Assembly: GCA_026401035.1 (NCBI GenBank)
Contig: JAPLNR010000069.1
Coordinates: 44 to 64,043, forward strand
Source: Planctomycetia bacterium
GTDB lineage: Bacteria; Planctomycetota; Planctomycetia; Pirellulales; UBA1268
DNA: 64,000 nt
Reading direction: 5' to 3'
The number at the start of each line of letters is the position of its first letter. Positions within the stretch are counted from its first letter, which is position 1. Below the pieces are notes generated by a model. It saw nothing but the letters and a program-made list of their open reading frames with translations, had not been told where the DNA came from and ran no database searches. This document shows, one piece after another, positions 30,700-39,139 of the stretch. A program made the translations under genes and the position numbers.

Positions 30700-33600
30700 G
30701 AGGCCTGTTTTCGTGAAGGTGCGTCGGCTGGCTCGAGGGCTTCGAGTCGTTTCCGCGCCGCGGGGGTCTGCTGGGAATCGGGATAGCGGTCCACCATCTC
30801 GGCGTAGAGTTTCGCCGCCTGCTCCGGCTTGCCGAGCACCTCGAAGCACCGTGCCGCCTCAAACGTGGCCTGCGCCTGCCAGGGATGGAATGCGATTGGG
30901 GCCTGCTGCTCGCCGAAACCGTAGGCCACCTTGAAGAAGGCTTTGATCGCATCCTTGTGATTGCCCTGCTCGAAGAGCACCTCGCCCTCCATGAGGCGGC
31001 TGCGGGCCGCCAGTTCCGAGCGGCCGCTGTCGGCCAACGCCCGGTATGCCGCCAGCGCCCGGTCGAGTTGCCCGAGGTTCTGCTGCGCCCAGGCGGCCGC
31101 ATAACGCGCCTGGCCGGCGTAGGGCGACTGCGGCTGTGTCGTTGCCAGTTGTTCGGCAAACGTCAGGCTCTCCTGCCACTGCTTTGTCTTGGCCGCGCAC
31201 TCGCTGGCCCGGATCAGAGCGAGCCCGCGCAGATCGTCCGATGACAGGGCAGCGGGCGTGGCGAGGGCGGCAGCCAGCGCCTTGGCTGCCTCGGCATGCT
31301 GTCCGGTCTGGAACAGCGATTCGCCGAGCATCGCCCGCGCGTCGGCGGCGAGGGCGCCTGTCGGATCCGCAGCCACCTGTTCGGCAAAGGCCTTGGCTGC
31401 TGCGGCATGATCCTTCCGCATCGAGTGGGACCAGCCGAGCTTGTGACGGGCCTGTTCGAGAAGTTCCCGCGAATCCTTCCGGCTGGTCGCAGCTGCGACC
31501 GCCGCAGCATAAGCCTGCGCGGCCTCATCCCAGGCCTTGGCATCGAACCGGGCTTCGCCGATTTCCAGCCAGGCCGCGCCCACGCGGCTGCTTCCGGGGA
31601 ATTTCTCCACCAGCCGGCGAAATGTTTTTTCGGCATCGTCCCGCGTGCCGGCGAGCGACTGGGCCAGCGCCATTTCGAACACTGCGCGGTCGGCCGCTGG
31701 AAACGACGGCTGCTCATCGAGCAGCGTCTGAAACGTCCGCACGGCGTCGGGATAGCGCTGCGCACCGACGAGGCAGAGTCCCGCCAACATGCGGGCCTCG
31801 CCGGCTGCCGTCTCGTTGCCTTTGGCTGCGGCGGGCTTCGCGACTTTCAGAAACTGCTCCGCGTCGGCCAGCCCCCCGGAAAAATCCCCACGCCGTTGCC
31901 GGGCGTCGCCGCGGGCCAAGAGCGCCGAGGAGGCAGCGGTCGAGTCGGGGTAGGAGTCGATGAGATCGGTCCAGGCCGCAATCGCCTCCGGCAGTCGTCC
32001 TTTGGCCTCATGGCACCAGCCCGTTGCCAGAACCGCCCACGGCGCGCGCGTGCCCTTCGGTTTCGTAACGCGGGCCTTGGCATAGGCCGTGATCGCCTCG
32101 TCGAAGCGGCCGGCATCCTGACGGAGTTGGCCGAGCCGATACCAGGCCACGTCGGCCAGCGGCCACTCCGGAAACTCCTTGACCAGTTTCTCCGCCAGCT
32201 CGAGCGCGGCCGCTTTGTCGCCCGCCTCGCGGCGGGCACGCACGCCCAGCAGCAGCGCCTCGTTGCGACGCGGCCACGCGGCATGCTGTTGCTCCAGGAC
32301 CGCGAGCACCTTGACCGCCGCTGGCTGTTGGTTGAGCTCCACGAGCGCGGTGGCGTCGAGGAGCAGGGCCTCGGCCGCAGCATCACCCTTGAGCAAGGGG
32401 GCCGAGGCGGAGAGCACGTCGTGCGTTTTCTGCCACTGCCTGGCGGCGGCGAGCGCCACTCCCTCGCGCAGTTGCCACGTGGCCCGCTGCGGTGCGGTGG
32501 CATGGCCTGCGATCAACTCGCGATAGGCCTCCGCCGCGGCGGCAGGCTTGCCCTGCGCGAGCAGGGCTTCGGCGCGGATCGCCTTGACATCGAGAAGCCG
32601 CTGGCCCACTTCCGCATCGCCGCAGGTCTGCAAAAACGCCTCGGCCGTGGCGAACGCTTCGGCGGGCTTGCCCTGCTCGAGGAGGGCAAGCGCCGTCATC
32701 GAGCGGGCCGCGAGCACGGTTTGCTTTTCATTCGGGTAGCGTTCGATGATCGCCGCGTAGGCGGCCGCCGCCTCTCCCTTGCGGGCCGGGATTTCCCACA
32801 GCGCATCGGCGCGGTCGAGTTCCAGTCTCGCGAGTCGGGTGTCGTCGCGGTCGGGCTTGCCAGTGAGCGCGGCGATCGCCCGGGTCGTGATATCGACCGC
32901 CCGTGCCGGCTGTTTGGCGTCGAGTTCGAGGAGGGCGAGGCTGTGGGCGGCATCGGCGGCCACGGCACCGCCTGCCGCGGCGGCCTGTTCGAGCAGTGGC
33001 CGTGCCTTGTCGAGGTTTCCTGCCTCCACGTAGGCGCGGCCGGCGGATGCAGCGGCCCGGCCTGCCTGCGGTGCGGCTGGATGCCGCGTGGCGAGCGTAC
33101 CGAAGGCCTCGGCTGCGCCCACCCAGTTTTTCTGAGACCAGCGGGCGGAGCCGAGCCGCTCCAGCGCGTCCACGGCGCGCGGTCCCTTGCCCGCCGCCAG
33201 CGGCACGAGGATCCGTTCGGCGTCGGCCGGAGCACCGGCGGCGAGCGCCGCGTCGGCCCGCCAGACCGCCACGTCGTCGGTGAGTTTGTGATTGGGAAAC
33301 GATTCGGCAAATCGCCTGAGCGTGACTGCGGCTGCGGCGGGCTGCTTGAGCTCCGCCTGCCCGACGCCTAACGCGTAGAGCACTTCCGGTAGCCGCGGTG
33401 AGGAGGCGTGGTCACGGACAAACCGCTGCCAGGCCTCGATGGCGGGCTCGCGCTTGCCCGCCTGCCACAGCGATTCGCCGAGGAAGAAGAGCGCGTCGGC
33501 CGTCTGCGGCTGACCGGGGCTCTTCTCCAGGAATTCGCGGAGGCTGTCTGCCGCCGCCTCGTAGGCGGCCGGCGCCGGCTGATTCTGGGCCGCCTGGAAG

Positions 33601-33971
33601 GCGCCGCGGCCGAGTTCCCATCTGGCCAGCGCGATAGTGGCGGCGTCGGACTTGCTATCGACGACCGCACGAAACGTCTGTGCGGCGGCGGGCCAATCGC
33701 CGTTCTTCAACTGGCAGATCCCGAGGTAGTAGCGGCCTTTGAGGGCAAGCGGGTCGGCGGGGTGATCGGTGACGAGGGCGGCCCACTCCTCGCCGGCCAA
33801 ATCCCAGGCCTCGCGATTCTGCAGCGCCGCGGCCGACGCATAAGCCGCCCGGGCGGCGTCACTCGATCCGGGAGTTTCGGCAGCCGGTGCGATCATCGCT
33901 GCGGCGGCATGCAGCGCAAAGACGGAGGCTGCCGCCACTGACCAGCGGGGCATCGTGGTTCGTATGATCAT
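30696..33971 (-). CDS. Large secreted tetratricopeptide-repeat protein
   Basis: Signal peptide, many TPR pairs ending in F/YP-x-S; CpoB-like C-terminus (YAEMVDRYPDSQQTPAARKRL). Start uncertain (33953-33977). Confidence 0.88.
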   Translation of the reverse strand: MIIRTTMPRWSVAAASVFALHAAAAMIAPAAETPGSSDAARAAYASAAALQNREAWDLAGEEWAALVTDHPADPLALKGRYYLGICQLKNGDWPAAAQTFRAVVDSKSDAATIALARWELGRGAFQAAQNQPAPAAYEAAADSLREFLEKSPGQPQTADALFFLGESLWQAGKREPAIEAWQRFVRDHASSPRLPEVLYALGVGQAELKQPAAAAVTLRRFAESFPNHKLTDDVAVWRADAALAAGAPADAERILVPLAAGKGPRAVDALERLGSARWSQKNWVGAAEAFGTLATRHPAAPQAGRAAASAGRAYVEAGNLDKARPLLEQAAAAGGAVAADAAHSLALLELDAKQPARAVDITTRAIAALTGKPDRDDTRLARLELDRADALWEIPARKGEAAAAYAAIIERYPNEKQTVLAARSMTALALLEQGKPAEAFATAEAFLQTCGDAEVGQRLLDVKAIRAEALLAQGKPAAAAEAYRELIAGHATAPQRATWQLREGVALAAARQWQKTHDVLSASAPLLKGDAAAEALLLDATALVELNQQPAAVKVLAVLEQQHAAWPRRNEALLLGVRARREAGDKAAALELAEKLVKEFPEWPLADVAWYRLGQLRQDAGRFDEAITAYAKARVTKPKGTRAPWAVLATGWCHEAKGRLPEAIAAWTDLIDSYPDSTAASSALLARGDARQRRGDFSGGLADAEQFLKVAKPAAAKGNETAAGEARMLAGLCLVGAQRYPDAVRTFQTLLDEQPSFPAADRAVFEMALAQSLAGTRDDAEKTFRRLVEKFPGSSRVGAAWLEIGEARFDAKAWDEAAQAYAAAVAAATSRKDSRELLEQARHKLGWSHSMRKDHAAAAKAFAEQVAADPTGALAADARAMLGESLFQTGQHAEAAKALAAALATPAALSSDDLRGLALIRASECAAKTKQWQESLTFAEQLATTQPQSPYAGQARYAAAWAQQNLGQLDRALAAYRALADSGRSELAARSRLMEGEVLFEQGNHKDAIKAFFKVAYGFGEQQAPIAFHPWQAQATFEAARCFEVLGKPEQAAKLYAEMVDRYPDSQQTPAARKRLEALEPADAPSRKQAS

Positions 33972-34029
33972 GCCCAATCGCTCCCGCAGGTTGCGTGGAC
34001 CGTCTGTCCACGCAGTTCACCACCGCTCG

Positions 34030-36768
34030 TCAGAATATAGCGGCTTGGCGGCGAAAAGGCCCGAGCTTGCCGAGTTCGATCACACTGACGGGAATCAGGG
34101 CCAGCAGCAGGACAGTGCCCCATTCCTGTCCCAATTGGCTGCCGATCTCGAAGACCGGCTGGGCAAAGGGCAGCATCACCACCGACACCTGCAGCAGGGA
34201 CGAGATCAGGATCGCGCCGAGCAAGGAGGGGTTGGTCAGCCAGCCGCGCTCCCAAAACGTCAGCCGGTCGCTGCGGCAGCCGAGGGCAAAAAACAGCTGT
34301 GCGAACGCCGCCACGCAGAAGGTGAACGTCCGCGCATGCGGCATGTTCGCCGGGTCGCCCCGATAACTCATCCAGAAGGCGCCGATGCAGACGGCGGCGA
34401 CGAGCGCGCCGTGAAAGAGAATCAGCAGCCCGCGCGACCAGTTGATGACGGCCTCCCTGGGGGGCCGCGGCGGCCGGTTCATGATGTCTGGTTCCGGCGG
34501 CTCAAGCCCCAACGCCAACGCTGGCATGCCGTCGGTGACGAGATTGAGCCAGAGGATCTGGATCGGCGCCAGCGGCGGCGGCCAGCCGAGCACCGCGGCC
34601 GCGAGCATCAGGAGCACTTCGCCGGCGTTGCACGACAGCAGATAGTGAATGAACTTCTGGATGTTGTCGTAGATGCCGCGGCCCTCCTCGATGGCATTCA
34701 CGATCGACGCGAAGTTGTCGTCGGTGAGCACCATGTCCGACGCCTCCTTCGTGACGTCGGTGCCGGTGATGCCCATGGCGATACCGATGTCGGCGGCCTT
34801 CACGGCGGGCGCATCATTGACGCCGTCGCCGGTCATCGCCACGACCTCGCCACGCGACTTCCAGCCGCGGATGACCCGCAGTTTGTGTGCCGCCGATACG
34901 CGGGCATAGACGTGGATGTTGGGCACCTCGCGGGCCAACGCCTCGTCCGACAGTTGGTCGAGCTCGAGGCCGCTCACCGCGCGCCCCGCACCATCTGCCA
35001 TGCCGAGCTCCCGCGCGATCGCCAAGGCCGTGGCCGGATGGTCGCCGGTGATCATCACGGGGCGGATGCCCGCCGTCCGGCAGCGGGCCACCGCCTCGCG
35101 GGCCTCGTCACGCGGCGGATCGATCATGCCCGCCAGTCCGCTGAAGACGAGATCGCGTTCTTGGGATGCCGAATCACCGCCGTCGTCCGGCCGCGAGCCG
35201 TGCTCGCGCCAGGCCATTGCCAGGACCCGCATCGCCCGCTCCGCCATCCCGGCCGCAGCGGCAAGGATTGCCTGGCGGCGGACGTCGGTGAGAGGGATCA
35301 CCTCCCCGGCCACCTGCTCGGCCGCGCACTTGAGGAGAAGCATCTCCGGCGCCCCCTTGGAATACATGAGCCGCGTACCATCGCGCTGGCCGGCCACGAC
35401 CGACATCGTCTTCCGCTCGGAATCAAAGGGGATCTCGAGGAGAATCCGCGTGCCTGGCTCATCCCGCTCGATGCCCGCCTTGAGGGCCGCGACGACCAGC
35501 GCCCCTTCCGTCGGGTCGCCGATCACCTGCCACGATTCACCGCCGTCGCCGCGCGGCTGCACGGCTGCGTTGTTGCACCGGGCCGCGATCGTCAGCAGCC
35601 GCTCGAGGTCGGGGTCGGCGCGGGCGTTGACCGCGGCCTGGGAGTCGTCCACCGCGAGAAAGTCGCCACGCGGCGCGTAGCCCGTGCCGGTCACCTGGTA
35701 GGACCGGCCACCGGCATGGATTTCGCGGACCGTCATCTCGTTGCGGGTGAGCGTGCCAGTCTTGTCGGAGCACACGACGGTCACCGACCCGAGCGTTTCG
35801 ACGCTGGGCAGCCGGCGGACCAGCGCGTTGCGGGCCGCCATCCGCTGCAGGCCGATGGCGAGCACGAGCGTGACCACGGCCGGCAGGCCTTCGGGTACGG
35901 CCGCCACGGCAAGGCTCACGGATGACAGCATCACTTCCCAGAGATCGCCACCGCGGCGAATCTCCAGCACAAAGATCAGGCCGACCAGGGCGAGGCAGAT
36001 GACGATCAGCAGCCGGCCCAGTTCGGCCAGGCGCCGCTGCAGCGGTGTCGTCTCCGGCTCGGCGCGTTCGAGCAGGCCGGCGATGTGGCCGAGTTCGGTC
36101 TGCATCCCGGTGGCCACGACGAGCGCCTCGCCACGGCCCGCCGCGACGACCGTTCCTGCATAGACCATCGTGCGACGGTCGCCCAGCGGCGTGTCGGCCG
36201 CGAGCGTGTGGTCGACGTGCTTTTCCAATGGCACGGATTCGCCTGTCAGTGCGGCCTCCTGCACGTGGAGCGCATAGGCGGTGATCAGCCGCGCATCGGC
36301 CGGCACGTAATCCCCCGCCGCCAGTTCGACTCGATCGCCGGGAACGATTTCCCGGGCGGGTATGGCCGTGATCGTGCCGTCGCGGATCACGCGGGCCAGC
36401 GGCGCGGCGAGCCGCTCGAGGGCGGCCAGCGCCCGCAGCGCCCGCTCCTCCTGCAGAAAGCCGATGATCGCGTTGACGCCGACGATGGCGCAGATCGCGG
36501 CGGTGTCGGCCCATTCCCCCAGCACGGCCGAGATCACGGCGGCCGCGATCAGGATCCAGATCACCAGTTCGGCGAATTGGCGGGCCACTTTCCGCCACAG
36601 CGGTTCCGGTGCTGCTTCGACCAGTGCATTGTCGCCGAGGATCCGCCGCCGTTCCGCGGCCTCCGTGGCGGAGAGCCCTCTGGCGGGATCGACCTGCAGG
36701 GCGGCGGCCACTGCGGCAGCGGGAAGGGCGTGCCAGGGTTGTGGGGCAAAGGAGGGACCGTCTGCCAT
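34030..36768 (-). CDS. P-type ATPase, type IIA (Ca2+-like)
   Basis: LTGES, PEGLP, DKTGTLT, KGAPE, TGDGVNDAPA, LSCNAGE, NLVTDG. Confidence 0.95.
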   Translation of the reverse strand: MADGPSFAPQPWHALPAAAVAAALQVDPARGLSATEAAERRRILGDNALVEAAPEPLWRKVARQFAELVIWILIAAAVISAVLGEWADTAAICAIVGVNAIIGFLQEERALRALAALERLAAPLARVIRDGTITAIPAREIVPGDRVELAAGDYVPADARLITAYALHVQEAALTGESVPLEKHVDHTLAADTPLGDRRTMVYAGTVVAAGRGEALVVATGMQTELGHIAGLLERAEPETTPLQRRLAELGRLLIVICLALVGLIFVLEIRRGGDLWEVMLSSVSLAVAAVPEGLPAVVTLVLAIGLQRMAARNALVRRLPSVETLGSVTVVCSDKTGTLTRNEMTVREIHAGGRSYQVTGTGYAPRGDFLAVDDSQAAVNARADPDLERLLTIAARCNNAAVQPRGDGGESWQVIGDPTEGALVVAALKAGIERDEPGTRILLEIPFDSERKTMSVVAGQRDGTRLMYSKGAPEMLLLKCAAEQVAGEVIPLTDVRRQAILAAAAGMAERAMRVLAMAWREHGSRPDDGGDSASQERDLVFSGLAGMIDPPRDEAREAVARCRTAGIRPVMITGDHPATALAIARELGMADGAGRAVSGLELDQLSDEALAREVPNIHVYARVSAAHKLRVIRGWKSRGEVVAMTGDGVNDAPAVKAADIGIAMGITGTDVTKEASDMVLTDDNFASIVNAIEEGRGIYDNIQKFIHYLLSCNAGEVLLMLAAAVLGWPPPLAPIQILWLNLVTDGMPALALGLEPPEPDIMNRPPRPPREAVINWSRGLLILFHGALVAAVCIGAFWMSYRGDPANMPHARTFTFCVAAFAQLFFALGCRSDRLTFWERGWLTNPSLLGAILISSLLQVSVVMLPFAQPVFEIGSQLGQEWGTVLLLALIPVSVIELGKLGPFRRQAAIF

Positions 36769-36935
36769 CGAATGGCCTCCGGCATGCGGCTGCCAGTGGC
36801 GCAGCGGCACGATGTGTCTGATGGGGGCGGGATCGCAGAGCCCAGAGATCATACGAAAGAACGATGTGCCGCTGCCTTTTTTCCACCGCACGGCGTACAC
36901 TGTCGGGTTTCCGGCGGGCATTCCTGGCTGGGCCG

Positions 36936-38083
36936 ATGGCACAGAGTGTGAAACAAGTCGCTGCAGCGATCGCCTTGGCGTTTCTGCTGATTGCCACGGC
37001 CGGCCCGGCTGTCCGCGGTGTGCCGCAGCGAAGGCCTGGATTCCGGCCGTCGCAGCGCGGCACCCGGGCTTCGAGGTGGAGTATGTCGACCTTGCACAGG
37101 ATGCCGGCGGCCGTGCGGTCTTGAGTGAGATCGTGAAGCGGCACGGCGTCGGGGCCGCGAGCGTGCCGGTGATCCACGTCTGCAACTCCGTCGTCGTGGG
37201 GTTCGATCAGGCCGACACGACCGGCAAGCGTGTCGAGGCGCTGCTGGCCCGCTGGACGAGCGAGTGCCCGGGAGCGGTCGGGGAAACGAGCGCAGGCGAC
37301 GGCTTCGAAGGGGGAGTGATCGTCGAGCCGACGGTCATCGACGTGCCGATGCTGCGGTGGCTCAACGGCCGGCTCGATCCCTCCAAACTGGGCATGCCGC
37401 TGTTCACGATCGCCGTGGGCCTCGTCGACGGATTCAACCCCTGTGCGATGTGGGTGCTGCTGCTCCTGCTCTCGATCCTCGTGAACCTCAAGGACCGCCT
37501 GAAGATCGTCGCGATCGCCGGCACGTTTGTGTTCGTGAGTGGGGTGGCCTACTTTGCGTTCATGGCGGCTTGGCTCAACGTCTTCGAATGGATCGGCTAT
37601 CTTCGCCCTGTGCAGGTGGCGCTTGGGCTGCTGGCGGTCACGATCGGGCTGATCCACGTCAAGGATTTCTTCGCGTTCAAGCAGGGCCCGTCGCTCTCGA
37701 TTCCCGAGGCGGCCAAGCCCGGCATCTACGATCGCATCCGCCGGATCGTGAACGCGGAGAACCTGCCCGCCGCCATCGCGGGGGCTTTTGTTCTGGCCGT
37801 GCTCGTGAACGTTGTCGAGCTGCTCTGCACGGCGGGTCTGCCGGCGCTCTACACAAACATTCTCTCGCAGCAGGGCTACGGCCCGGCGGGCCGCTACGGC
37901 TATCTGCTGCTCTACATTTTGGCCTACATGTTTGACGACGCGCTGATGGTCGCGGGCGTCGTGGCGTCGCTCAGCCGGTTCAAGCTCCAGGAGACGGCGG
38001 GCCGCTGGCTGAAGCTTGTCAGCGGGGCGGTGATCCTGCTGCTCGGGCTCGTGATGCTTTTGCGGCCCGAGTGGCTCGGGTGA
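36936..38083 (+). pseudogene. Glutaredoxin-like CxxC domain plus CcdA/DsbD-like membrane domain; signal peptide out of frame
   Basis: GCPRC, SVPVI, GLVDGFNPCAMWVL, VELLCTAG. The signal peptide (MAQSVKQVAAAIALAFLLIATAGPA) is in a different frame from CPRC, with the switch at about 37000. Confidence 0.7.
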
Positions 38084-38096
38084 TACAACGTGCGGC

Positions 38097-39053
38097 ATGC
38101 GCATTGTTGTTCTTGACGGCTACACGGCCAACCCCGGCGACCTCGACTGGTCTGCGATCGAGTCGCTTGCCCAGCTGACCGTCTACGACCGCACCGATGA
38201 TGCCGACATCGTCGCCCGCGCCCAGGGTGCCGAGATCCTGCTCACCAACAAGACCACGCTCTCCCGGGCGGTGATCGAGAGCCTGCCGCAGCTCAAGTTC
38301 ATCGGCGTGCTCGCGACGGGGGTGAACGTGGTCGATCTCGAGGCTGCCAAGGCCCGCGGCATTCCCGTCTGCAACGTGCCGGAATACAGCACGCCCAATG
38401 TGGCCCAGGCCGTCTTTGCGCTTGTGCTCGAACTGACGAACCATACCGGCCATCACGACCGCACCGTGCACGAGGGCCGCTGGAGCCGCTGTGCAGACTT
38501 CTGCTACTGGGATGGGGAGCTCGTGGAGCTGGCCGGACTCACGCTCGGGCTCGTCGGCTACGGCCGGATCGGCGCGGCGGTGGCCCGCGTCGGCCAGGCA
38601 TTCGACATGCAGATCCTCGCCCACCGCCGCAGTGGCTTCGGCAGCATCGAGGGGGGCGGCGCATACACCGATCTCGACACGCTTTTTCGCGAGAGCGATG
38701 TTGTGAGTCTGCACTGCCCGCTCACGCCCGAGACGAAGGAGATGGTGAATGCGCCGCGGCTGAGGCAGATGAAGCCGACGGCGTTGCTGATCAACACGGC
38801 CCGCGGCGGGCTCGTCAACGAGGCCGACCTGGCGGCCGCGCTCAATGCCGGCACGATCGCCGGTGCCGGCCTCGACGTGCTGTCGGTCGAGCCGCCAGCG
38901 GCGACGAATCCCCTGCTGACGGCGAAAAACTGCATCATCACGCCGCACATCGCCTGGGCCACCCGCAACGCGCGGCGGCGGCTGCTCGACGTCACGGCGG
39001 CGAATGTCCGGGCGTTTCTGGCTGGCACGCCGCAGAATTGCGTGACGAAGTAG
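38097..39053 (+). CDS. D-2-hydroxyacid dehydrogenase (glycerate dehydrogenase-like)
   Basis: IVVLDGYTANPGDL, GLVGYGRIG, SLHCPLT, LINTARG, AGLDVL, TPHIAW. Confidence 0.95.
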   Translation: MRIVVLDGYTANPGDLDWSAIESLAQLTVYDRTDDADIVARAQGAEILLTNKTTLSRAVIESLPQLKFIGVLATGVNVVDLEAAKARGIPVCNVPEYSTPNVAQAVFALVLELTNHTGHHDRTVHEGRWSRCADFCYWDGELVELAGLTLGLVGYGRIGAAVARVGQAFDMQILAHRRSGFGSIEGGGAYTDLDTLFRESDVVSLHCPLTPETKEMVNAPRLRQMKPTALLINTARGGLVNEADLAAALNAGTIAGAGLDVLSVEPPAATNPLLTAKNCIITPHIAWATRNARRRLLDVTAANVRAFLAGTPQNCVTK

Positions 39054-39139
39054 GACAGGCTTCAGCCTGTCGATTCCAGTCGGCGCTCCCTATGGCAGAC
39101 TGACGGATGGGCCGGCTGACAGGCTGAAGCCTGTCCTAC
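39050..39139. repeat. Inverted REP doublet (REPIN-like), copies 3 and 4
   Basis: GTAGGACAGGCTTCAGCCTGTC at 39050-39071 and its reverse complement at 39118-39139, 46-nt spacer, between convergent genes. Confidence 0.9.
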
